NCBI GenBank assembly: GCA_043228905.1 | Contig: JBHGNT010000009.1 | Location: forward strand, 3,162,001-3,226,000 | Reading direction: 5' to 3' | Length of the DNA stretch: 64,000 nucleotides | Origin: Azolla caroliniana | Lineage: Eukaryota > Plantae > Polypodiophyta | Shown here: one piece after another, positions 52,601 to 64,000 of the stretch | How the letters are laid out: every line of letters begins with the position of its first letter | Position numbering within the stretch: position 1 is the first letter of the stretch | Made by a program: the position numbers and the translations under genes | The notes under the pieces: model-generated | Told to the model about the DNA's origin: nothing | What the model saw: only the letters and a program-made list of their open reading frames with translations | The model's database searches: none

Positions 52601-53285
52601 CAAATGGGAATCAAAATTTGAGTTTCCCCCCAGAAAAACAAAAAATAATGTGATACCATGAAATTAGGGTTCCCATAAACGAAACAAGGGGCTTCTCAGA
52701 TGAAAGCAAGGGTTCGGACAGCCTGAATTAGGGCTCACCCCAAAAAAGAGTGGAATTTTCGACAAAGGAAAGGAGTTTCCCACAAGAAAATTCAGGCAAA
52801 ATTAAGGTTTTCCATGAGCATTATAAGTGGGTAGTGTGATTGACCCCAAAGGAGAGTAGAATTTTCCACAAAGGAAATTAGGGGTTACTATCAAAAGAAA
52901 ATTTAGGCGAAATTAGGGTTTTCCATGAGCATTACAAATGGGTGGTTATATATTCAGTGAAATTGGCCCAGATCTGGATAACAAAAAGAATAACAACAAA
53001 TTAACAGAAAATTAAACGCAAAAAAGAGGTCTGAATTGGGTGATTTGAAGTGCTCACCTTGCTATTGTAGTGATTGTTGCCAGTCCGAACAATTGAAGAG
53101 TGAGAATGGGGAGAGATCTTTGAACGAGGAGAGATCTTTGAAGAGGGAGAGGAAGAGGAAGAAGAGATTATAGTTTTCCTGATAAGAGGAGGCTTAATAT
53201 CCTCTCTCTTAACCGTTTTGGCATGACCTAACGACAAGCTCTGCAATGGCTTTGGGGGCAACTTCTTCTTCATAGACTCTGCCAT
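49682..53285 (-). CDS. Conserved uncharacterised Lys/Ser-rich plant protein (4 exons)
   Basis: Exons 53285-53058, 51742-51602, 51486-51416 and 49961-49682 splice in frame to give KVYELPGQKHDPPDEREPLRIFYQSLYEENPKSEMAQFWMMEHGLL, a motif I recognise from plant proteins of unknown function. Confidence 0.8.
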
Positions 53286-53367
53286 GACTCTAAAAGCTTC
53301 AAACTGCTGCTGCAGCAGAAGCTTCTTCCTCCTCTGGTGAATCAAAACACTTAATATGGTTTGTAAG

Positions 53368-53482
<115 letters not shown>

Positions 53483-54049
53483 GGGGGGGGGTGTTTAATC
53501 CGTAGTAGTCGTGAAATTGAGCCGAACCCGAGTTCGAGCCTCGCCTCGCCACCATCCGTCGTCTTTTCTTTACCCTAGTGAACTTTGATAACATGTCCAT
53601 GTCCCATGGCTTTAAAGTCTCCCATGTTGGAACATCATCTAGATTACAACACTCAGGCCTCCCTTGTACATACTTAATACTGCGTTCTATCCTCGTCTTA
53701 TCGTTGAGATTAACAAGTGAGACCCTTCACAAAAAACCCCACCTTCGTGAAAAGAAGTGAAAGGCACGGAAGACATGCGAAAGCAACCGGTTCCGTTTCG
53801 GGATGGAGGCCAGAGACAAAGAAATGGTTTGCAAGTCGGATTTGAGGCATTATGTTGTTTCATGATAAGTAATATGGGATAATACTACTAAGAAAATGAC
53901 TAACTTTTGCTAATTGTGAATGATTGTGAATTTAGATCATCAATGGTCGACAATAAAAGAGCACTTGTTCAAAACAATTGGATAATACTCACTTTTTCTA
54001 GTAATTAATGTTTGTATTAAATACAAAGGGCTACCTACAATGGACCACT

Positions 54050-55100
54050 AAAGACAATAGAAATAACCCCTTGGACCCACATAACCATATTATGTAATAG
54101 CCAACACTATTGATGAATATAATTTGAACCGCCTTGATTGATAATAATCTCAAAGTTTTAGCAATGAGAATTGACAAAGCAACCTATCTTTGAACAATTG
54201 CATGTCTTTGCACCCTAGAGTGGGCCCAAAGACATATTTGTTTCACATGCACAAAATATGTCAAAACCCCAATATCTCAAGAAGTGGAAATTTGGTTCAA
54301 CTTGTGATGATGGTCGCACAAATCCAACATAAGGAGGCAATAATTGAATTGGGGATTTCGAAATTGTTATTATGGAATCCAACATTGCAAATATATATTT
54401 CCGAACACATTGTGACATAGAACAAGTGATCAAGTGATATGTGTTATGTTCTACTGGCATGGTACAAAAGAGACACAATCCATTGGTAATATTCCACATA
54501 TTTGAAAGCATGTCCCAATGGTAGTTCCTCGGTCATAACCCTCCAAGGAAATACCATAGCATTGAATAGAAGATGGGGATGCCAACATGCGGCGAGCACA
54601 CTTCCACAACATGTTATGGGCTTTCTAATTTCTCACACCCACTCATTCCTATGAATGGTTTTATGATGTGCTTCATTAGTTTTTACATTGAGAAGACAAA
54701 AACTACATGCAAATGTCCAATCAACCTCCAAGGTAGACTCAAGAAGTTTTGGAATGGGGTAACACAAAGATTGTCAATTCTTATCGCATAGACCAAGCAT
54801 GGACATACCTTTTATGAACGAGAAATCTCACCCTAGCTATTCAGGATGCCATTATTCAGGCTTTAGTATCCAACATAATGTCCCCAATTATGCCATCCTA
54901 TGCAACGGTAAAGAAATCTTACCCTCCCAAGCCAACATTCATGTCATTACCAAAACATCTCTTTGAAAGGAATTGGGATTCTCGCGATGGGCGCCGCTAC
55001 ACATTGCCAAGAAGCCAACATATGTTTAACGATTGCAAATCCTCCCGAGCATTTCATTTACATGGCATTATTCACCCTGTTTCACTTAGAGAGCCATTAT
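54050..55100 (-). mobile_element. Highly degraded L1 LINE 3' fragment
   Basis: The - strand translates to FPWRVMTEELPLG...CLFCTMPVEHNTYHLITC, a zf-RVT-like signature, with stops and frameshifts. Confidence 0.55.
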
Positions 55101-55551
55101 CTTCATTCTTCCAAATGTAAACCCTAATCTCACTAGCCGAGCGAAGGTTTGTTTTCTCGCTTTAAAACAAAGTTAGTAGAAAAGTGTAGGAATTCCATAT
55201 ATTCTGTTATGTGTGTATGTATGTGTGCATACCCCCCCCCCCCCCCCCCCCCAATACAATAACAACCTTTAAAAACACCATGATTCAGCCCATATACATA
55301 TGGCAAAGCCCCTAAAAGTGAATAAGCAATGCGGAGTTATTATTATTATTTTTGTTAATACAACACATTAACAATATGTATATGTTTTATTTTGTTCTGT
55401 TTTTGTGGAACCCCCTTCCTACATTCATTGATTCATTCATTCGCCCAGAAGCCAACAAACAACCAAAGGGACGTGTTCCTTGGACAAACACTGCAGAGAA
55501 AAACACAGACAGAGACGAGAGCAACCCAATCCGCCCCCCCAAAAAAACCCA

Positions 55552-55627
55552 ATGTCTGCAGAGGATGCCGATGTTGTTCTTCTGGGTGTTTGTGAAAAGG
55601 TAATTCTTTCTCTCTCTCTTTCTCTCT

Positions 55628-55686
<59 letters not shown>

Positions 55687-58600
55687 CTTGCCTTGTGCGT
55701 CCATTGTGGTGTATCTCTTAGGGTTTTGTTTTATCTCCCTCAATCAAGAATCGGGCATTTAGCAGCTCAGACGAAGAAGGAGAAGAAGAAAAAGTAACAT
55801 TTTCATCTGCAAGTACCACTCAAAATCATTTCATCAATCTATCATGTCTTTTATTCTATATTTGCCAATGGATACCCAATTGTTTATCCATGTTTGCCAA
55901 TGCATAACCGTTCGTTTACAGATGAGAAACCGACCATTTAATTCCATGTTTAGGAATGGGTACTCAATTGTTTAATTCATGATATCCAAATGGGTACACC
56001 TAATCGTGTAGCTCTATGCCTGCAAATGGATACCTTCTCATTTTATCGATGTTTGCAAATGGGCATTTGATCTACTCTTGCAAAGGGACACCCAATAATT
56101 TAATCCATGTTTACAAGTGTGCACCCAATCAGTTATCTATTGCTGCAAGCAGATACCCAATCATGTAACTCTAGGTTTGCAAGTAGACATCTAATTATTC
56201 TATCTATGTTTGGGAATAGGCATTCAATTTATGCCTGTGAATGGTCACTTATAATATAACTTATACTGGCAGATGAAATTATTTAATTTACAACTTCCTT
56301 CAAAACAAATGCTTTGATCTAACGTTTTCTTATTTTTATTCATCTATGCTCACAGGACCTACCATTTGCAGATAAGAAGAAAACTCCAGAGGAGCTTCTT
56401 TTCAGCCTCACGGGTGTCAGTTCTACCATTGATAGGGGATCCACACATGCAAATAGGGGTAGATTAAGAGGGGTGATTACTCCACATTTAAAAAGGACGG
56501 CTCCTGCCCAAAAAGCAAACACAAGTTCTTCTATAAACCATCAAACTGTTGATGCTGCCACCCAATCACAACCTACACAGCAATCATTAGGAAAAGGCCA
56601 AGGATGCCGTGAAAAAGCATTAGACACCTATGACTTGGGTTTTTGGACTTATATTGTCTTGCCAGATAGGAAGAAGAAACTTGAAGAGGAAAGCTCCTCC
56701 GATACGGATAGTGAAGAAAGAGAGCAAGCTACGATTAAGGCCGCCTTGCGGAACGTGAAGACACCCGAAGAGGATCCAAAGGATGCACAAACCAAACAAC
56801 GAGAATATTGGGCTCGACTTAAAGAAACTCTGGGTTCTATTAGAATGCGTACACAAATGTTACAAGACCTTTCGTTTGCTGATGCTAGTAAATATGAGAG
56901 TTTGGTTCCTGTAGGTGCTAACAAGGATGGTGATGGAAATAATCCTGCAGGAGTAATTGTTAAGCAAGCGAGAAGATTGGTATCTTTATCAAGCTAATAC
57001 AATGAATGCATTTTTTTGGTTTTGGACACCTATGGGTCGAAGAGTGCATGCTATTAAAATATTCATAAGCATCCCTTACGTGCGTGGTCTTTACTCTTTA
57101 GGCAGAGCTCATGCACATGGAGGAGCAAGCCCTTAGCCTTCGTGATTTACACCAATGGCTTCAAACTGTAGGTCGGTTATGAATTTCATTTAATTGATGG
57201 AAGTTAGGTTTATATAAATTCTAGAATTCTCGAAGGATTGTTATATTACATATTGAAAGAAACTGAGAGATGCTATTCGACAAGATAGAATTACTATGCC
57301 CACCATGGATTCTTGATCCAGATTAGTTATTGGGAACTTTTCTTTTCCGAACCAAGTTTGTATGATTAGTATCATGAAGCAGGAAAGGGTTTAAGCGAAG
57401 GTGCCACAAATCATCCCAGGAGTGCTCTTCAAAATCAATTAGATCGTCTTCGAAGCTTAAACACAATCAAGGAAACTCAAGAATCTCTTCCTACTAATGC
57501 TTCGTCAGAGCTATTGCAACAAGTTGAGGGCAACCTTAGAGATCGCTTAGCAAACTTGTATCAAGGGAAGGTAGTACATATGTGTATCTTCTTCTTTGAA
57601 AAAGTTTCCAAATGTCTCTGACCTCATCTTTCCCTCAGAACTTCATTCTGAGTCATCAAGCAGATTTTATGAGAAATGGAGACTTGGATATAGAAGCTTC
57701 TGGTGAATCTGGTGTTAAAGTAAAAATGGTCATATTATATATAGAATGTCTTCTCCACGTTTTCTTAGGTTCGAAAAAGCACATACGACTCACCTATATC
57801 TTGTCTTTTTCCCTCCTTTGAAGGAAGAGATTTTCTCTGCTATCATGGAACGGTTGCAGAAAATGGTAAATCTAATCTCAAATAGATGTGAATTTTTCTT
57901 GCCTGCCTGGAAAATTATGGTATTTCATCCCACTCCAAGTCTCTTTTCCAGGAGACAGCCTATGAGATTCTTGGGTCAACAATTCTGGACAGCTCGAAGG
58001 AGGTGGAGAAAATGGTGTGTAACTTACTGATAACCAAATATCATATCTATGTGGTTGAATTTCCTCACGTTTCTCCAGAAATTGCTCATCATTAATCACA
58101 CATATATTCTACATGCATGTATAGGAAGAGGAATTTCAAATGCTGCAATTGGAACTTGTAACAAAGGGTATTTACCTTTTTGTTTTATAATATGCAACTC
58201 AATAATCAATTTATAGTCTCAAAAAATTGTGGGTTCTAATATCTAATATCTAATATCATTTAATTATGTTTTCCTTCTGTTAGGCTGCCCCTTGCGTGCA
58301 ATCCATGAGATAAAAAAGGCAAAAAAATCATCTAATAAAAAATCAAAGAAAGCAACTCATTCAGACGGTGATGGTACAAATCGGGCATCAGAATCTGAAG
58401 TTTCATCGGCATTAAACAGTTCAAGACTAACTTCAGCAAAGTCTGATAAAGATGGTGGTAAAAACAATGGTCTAGATGAAGGAGAACAACCTCTAAACAA
58501 GGATGACACAGACGGAAGAAACGATGTAAAGGAAGGTAAAAAGAGAAATGATAATAAGGATAGGTCAAAGAAAGAAAAGAAGACGAATTCCTCTTCCCAG

Positions 58601-60012
58601 AAGGCTGAAAAACAAAAGGAAGTGAAGATCGATATTCGAAAGGGTGGAAACAGTGCTGAAAATTCAGGAAAGAATTCTACACAGAGTTCCAGCAGAAATG
58701 AGAAAACGGATTGGTCTGTGTCTTCAACAATGGTATCAGAGACATCTGATGGTAAAACTGTAATGATAAAGGAGAATGGGCATAGTAGAGTTGAGGATGC
58801 AAATGTCATTTCAGAAGAAGGAAAGAAGTTCTTGTTTCCAGACATTAAGAGAGTTGCTGATGATTTCTCAGAGTTCTCAAGACCTATTGAAGTACAAGAA
58901 AGCATGTTATGCACAGAGAATAAGGTGTTCCGTAGTAAAGATACCTGTAATGTGCCAAACGCTATGAAGTATAAGATGAAATCACATCGTGCGTCTTTTG
59001 GAGGATGCGTAGAGGAACTTGTGCAGACTGATGATGTTGTCATCATTTCACTAAAGGTTGGAATTTTTTTTCCCCCTAGCCATGAAATTAAAGAAAAATT
59101 TAAGTTCATCTTTCACTTTGTATAGGGTGGATTTGAGGATATACCTTCAAGTCAGTATCAACAAATGGACGTTAAAGATATGCTTGAGAATATGGTAATT
59201 ATCTTATCCATCATCACACCAACATTATGTGGATTTTATTTTCCATATTCAGGTGTTGTCTGATATTTTCAAGGAATCCATCTGCCCTTTGCTTTAGAAA
59301 ACAAAACAAACTATACAATTATACAAATGAGACACACTGGAACAAAGTATATAATAGTATAGAAAAGAAAGTACATTCTGCCCAATATGGCTGTATTGCT
59401 TGAGATGGATGAATGGCCATCATGATTCTTGAGTTCCTGATGCCACACCAGTTTGAATTTTCAGTTTTTGGTGGGATTTGATGACTTTCCTAGTTGGGGA
59501 GACTTGTGAATTGATGTTAAGGTGGAACTTCATGTGAACTTTTATTATGGGGATGAATAGAAACAAATGGAAGTGGGGTTTAGTAACATTGAAAAATGGT
59601 GGTTTATCTACTTCGTTAGGCAGCATCACTGGTGATTGGGATTGATATGTGTTTGTTGATTGAGTATGCTATGTTTCTAATATCTATATGTGGACAACTT
59701 CAGAAATGTTAATAATATGTTTTTTAATTCCAGAAAAAATTACAAAAGCAAGTGCAGTTCTGGAGGACAAAGAATTGGGCAGAGAAGCATCGTGAACATG
59801 GTCGATTTACACAAGCTCCAGTATACAGTTCTGTTAGTCAGTTTACTAAGCTTCATACTTCACCTGAGATGGGTTTGGTATTTTATTATAATCCACAAAC
59901 AAGTATTTGTGCAATGAAGAGTGTATCGGATCTGGATTCAAGTATGCAACAAGCCATTCTGGGGCTTACTTCCGAGCCCAAGAAGGAAACATCGACAACC
60001 CCCAAGTCTTAG
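55552..60012 (+). CDS. Uncharacterised multi-exon protein with a charged low-complexity central region
   Basis: ATG at 55552 (MSAEDADVVLLGVCEK|GT), a large exon at ~56356-56978, several small GT-AG exons at 57100-58170, a large exon at ~58284-59056, ~59126-59193, and a terminal exon at ~59734-60012. No family recognised. Confidence 0.7.
55860..56230. repeat. Degenerate ~33-bp minisatellite in an intron
   Basis: Recurring TTTGC(C/A)AATGG.TACCCAAT.GTTTA.TCCATG-like units. Confidence 0.6.
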
Positions 60013-61314
60013 TTGATAACATGTTTTTGCTCAGCCTGATGTTTTGTAGAAGTCTTAGTATTTTTCATTAATGTTAAAAATAATGTTGTGCTTCCATTAG
60101 TTTTTGTACTGAAGTGGACTGTAATGATTATGTACTGTATTACTTCCTGGTTCTAGTAGAATAAGCCATAATTGCCATTAAATTTTTAATGTTTACAGTG
60201 CTTGATAATATCGTCTAACTGGGCAATGTTACCATGCTGTATCATACTTCTGAAAGAAAGCTCGTCTAATGTTAAATTTCTTTTCTTTTGGATTCTTCTT
60301 GATTAGCAGAAGTACTGTTTGGCTTTTGGTAATGCAAAGTAAAGTTTTCCTCTTGAAAGTGGAGCTTAAAGCTGTGTGTTCCCAATCCAATGCCCAATGT
60401 TTTTGTTTGTCTTTTTGCGGAACTATCCTTTCCTTTTGGGGAAGGACAATTTCTTTCTCTCTTTCAAGCGACCAACAGATTATTGTGAAGTTTAAAGTTC
60501 CATAAGAGAATACAGTGGGAATCCATAAAGATTGCCTCGTTCGGATCATTCTTTGCAACTCAAGAGCTTGAAAAAGTGGAATTGCTACTAATTGCATATC
60601 TTTGTATCATTCAATGAAAATGAAAACTTTTTGTCCATCTAGTTACATTTCCAAAGACAATATGGAAAGAGCAACAATTTAAAACTAGACTTCCAAATCT
60701 AGTAAACATTTGGAGTTTTGATCAGTAAATCCTATACTGAAATGCTTTAAAAAAAGCAACTTGGCAAAGCAAGGTAAGGTTTGCATCTCTGAGGTTGTGA
60801 ACCCACATTGGGGCTATTGTTAGAGGTTTGTAGTCTTGATATATGGTGGATCAAGTTAACGCTAGATAGTGAGTCTTGATATACTGCATTATCATATCCA
60901 GTCAAGCTTGATGGTGACAAATATGTTGCACATAACGGAGGGGTTGTCTCAGGATGAAAACACGAAAATCCAATCGAGTCATATGTCGTGGCGATACAAT
61001 GCTGGTCGGATCGAATCGAAGCCTTTTCGGTCTGAATATGACAATGTTGTGGCGACATAATGCTGACGGATCAAATCGAAGCCTTTCCGGTCTGGATATG
61101 ACAGACAGACTGACAAAACAGATCATCGATGGATGGATTGAATGAGGTGTGACTGGATCGAGAGAGAGAGAGAAGATTCTATGGTAATGAGACCAAGACA
61201 GACGGCCGATTGATCGATCCGAAAGGCAATGAGTCAGTCAGTCAGTCAAGAGTCTGCAGATGCCAAAAGAAGAAGAAGGCAGAAGAGTAATTCGTGGGGA
61301 CAGAGAAGACGGAG

Positions 61315-63078
61315 ATGAAGCAGTCGCTGAGGGTTTACGCTGCGGTGCTGCGCCTTGTTCGTCTGCTTCCCTCTGAGACGCGCTCCTACTACGCAAGGTT
61401 CGCCAGGGAGAATTTCGCGACCTACAGAGATGAAGACGACGACGGTGTCATCTCCAACCTCTTCGATCGATCTTACCAGCATTCCTGCTGGATCCTTACC
61501 AAGGTACTCTTCATCTCCTGTCCATCCATCCATCCATTCAATCAATCAATCCTTTCATGTGTGTCTGTGTCTGTGTCTCACCCTCTGTCTTTGATTCTCC
61601 TTTTTTCTCTCAGTCAATTGTATCAGAGATTCTTCTTCCATACATTTTGCTCATACATCTCTCTTCATCCTTTTTGTTCCTGTCCTTTCTTTGGCTGATT
61701 TGCTGAAAATACCTTGCATTCCTCTGCAAGGTATTCACCTGCGTCTACATAATAATTTCTGCTCTTCTTCAGTTCAATTTGTAGACGCCTTTTCTTATTT
61801 CTCTATCCTGTTATCACGGTCTGTTTTTGTTTCTTGTTCTCATAGATACTTCACTGTTTTATTTACTTGCTTTCTTTAGCTTATCGAATGTAAATATTTC
61901 ACATCTTGTCCTCCTATTCACCTCTGCCAGATCTCTGTTTATCTTTTTTCTCTATTTTCCTCTTTTTTTTCCCACTGGGTTCATTTGTTTCTTTAATGCA
62001 TCTCCCATTTCCTTGTTCCTTCTTTTTTGTCTGTGTCAAATCATCCTTTTTTTTTCTTTGGCATATCCGATTCCGATCGTTATGCTTACTTTCCGTTTCT
62101 GATTCCTGGTTTTACTGTTTCTTCTTCCTGTTGCATTTCTGAATTCAAAAATTTTTATTTTCTTTCTTTCTTCTGGATGTCTGGATCAGATCTTCCATTT
62201 TTTTCCCTTTCAATGTACTCTTTTGCTTTATTTACTTCGTTTTTTACCTCTAAATTTCCAAAGCTTATTCAATTCTATCATTTTCTTACGATTGTTTCTT
62301 TAATGCTTCTCCCATTTCCTTTTTTTTTTTCTTGTCTATGTCAAATCTTTCCCATCCTTTTTTTTCTTTTCCGATCTTTATCCTTACTTTCCGTTTTTGT
62401 TTCTGGATTTTACTGTTTCTTCTTCCTGTTGCATATCTGAATTTAAAAAATTTCATTTTCTTTCTTTCTTCTGTATGTCTGGATCAGATCTTCCATTCTT
62501 TCCCTTCAATTTACATACTCTTTTGCTTCATCTATTTCGTTTTTTTCCCCTAAATTTCCAAAGCTTATTCAATTTTATCATTTTCTTACGATTATTTTGC
62601 TTGCCTGGCTAATCTTTCATTTTCTTCTTTTCTTTTGCGTATCTGATTTGAATCTTCGACTTTATTCATTTACTTTCTATAATTTATTCATTTACTTTCT
62701 ATAATTTATTCAAATATATATTTGTTTTTCTTCCGTCCTCTCTTCATATCTCATTCATATCTTGCATTTTCTATTTCCATGTCGCATTTAAATATTTAAT
62801 TCTCAGCCTTTTTCTGCATCTCTTGATTTCAGTTCATCCATTTTTTCGTCTCCTGTTTCCCTATTTTCTTTTTTCCTTCTGCATGTCTCATTCATATCTG
62901 ACACATTCTTTCCGCCATTTCCAAAGCTCACTCAATTCTATCGTTTTCCACCACTATTTTTGTTTTAGGATAAGTGATTATGATCTTCTATTTTATCCTT
63001 TCTTCTGTTATTTTGTAGTATGGAGTTGACACAGAAAAAGCGGATAATCTGAAGCAGATCTGCAAATCTTTCTCGTAG
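61315..63078 (+). CDS. Small LYR-motif (complex 1 LYR family, LYRM9-like) protein, 82 aa
   Basis: Exon 1 61315-61503 (MKQSLRVYAAVLRLVRLLPSETRSYYARFARENF...WILTK|GT). Exon 2 63019-63078 (AG|YGVDTEKADNLKQICKSFS*). Confidence 0.85.
61985..62595. repeat. ~310-bp pyrimidine-rich tandem duplication in the LYR gene intron
   Basis: TTTACTGTTTCTTCTTCCTGTTGCAT, GTCTGGATCAGATCTTCCATT and TAAATTTCCAAAGCTTATTCAATT each occur twice, ~300 bp apart. Confidence 0.85.
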
Positions 63079-64000
63079 ACTACTAGTATGTCCTCTTTCC
63101 TATACGTTGCTCTTTACCTTCTTCCAAGCTTGGATTAGTGGTAGAACTTTCAGACATAATTGTATGGTTAGATAATATAGTATTCGAAAATGAGATAGAA
63201 TTTTGCTGCATTTGCATTCTTTACATGCTTCCTCTTCTATTGTTTCATTCCTATTTAAGAGTGTGTTTTTTTGCTCACTAGGAACCAGTGCTGAGCTTTA
63301 GATTTGTGAAACGCTCTATTATTTGACTGATACGCATGAACCATATGCTCTGATTGTGTTCTAAACTTGGGACATAACAGGTCAGGCATAGCTCAAAGAG
63401 AGAGAGGTCCTTCAAATGATCGTTTAGGAAGGATGGCTTCAAATTAGAGTTTAGGAAACTGTTCGACAAACAATACTCAGAAATGGGCCAGATATGGCCT
63501 TTGCGTTTGAATTGTATTTAACAGTATATATACTCTTTTTGATGAATTGCGATGCCTCTACATAGAGATGATGAACAATCCAGTAAAGACTCTGAGAATT
63601 CAACTGTTAATACATGCGCAATGCTTGGGGTAGGCCATTAATTGGCCACCAACCACCACAGTGCTGCGTTCTTCATCGACAATCTTATGTCATGGCACCA
63701 TGAACCTGTTATGTTTTTTTCTCTATCTACTTATCCTAACCCTATTCTAGGGGAATTAGGGAACACAACCATGTTTTTTTTCTTGTTTTCTACATTTACA
63801 CATGTACTAAAAAAAAAAAACTCTCATCTTTCGGATGCTAACACCAATTCGACATGGAATTCCCACCATCATTCAATGATTACGACAGATCGGCAGGCAA
63901 GTACATATACATACCATACATACATGCATACAAATACAGATATATTCATCTATCATTGAAACATATGCGGTGATACAGTGTTGGGCATGAGTCTATGAAC

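Noticed and set aside
61691-63029. Phe/Leu-rich ORFs that look like membrane proteins
   Set aside because: They arise from the pyrimidine-rich duplicated intron of the LYR gene.

Overview
Land-plant nuclear DNA with spliceosomal GT-AG introns. The species cannot be identified; a non-seed plant such as a fern is only a guess. The left ~25 kb is a nest of transposable elements. The right ~36 kb is gene-rich, with a DREB/TINY-type AP2/ERF factor, a UBP23-like deubiquitinase, a class-3 lipase, two uncharacterised genes and an LYR-motif protein. The stand-out feature is at 1-12.3 kb. A Sola-like (DUF7869-type) DDD transposase gene on the - strand is split in frame by a very young intact Copia element. 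It sits head-to-head with a 6-exon, ~974-codon gene on the + strand that fuses a ParB/Srx-like domain to a prokaryote-type beta-class N6A/N4C DNA methyltransferase (DIPY ... FSGTGTT). The first intron of that gene holds ten ~51-bp-spaced copies of a 23-bp palindrome. I interpret this as a DNA transposon carrying a ParB-methyltransferase cargo gene and a candidate binding-site array. This copy is disabled by C-to-T nonsense changes. All family assignments come from motif recognition by eye, not from database searches.
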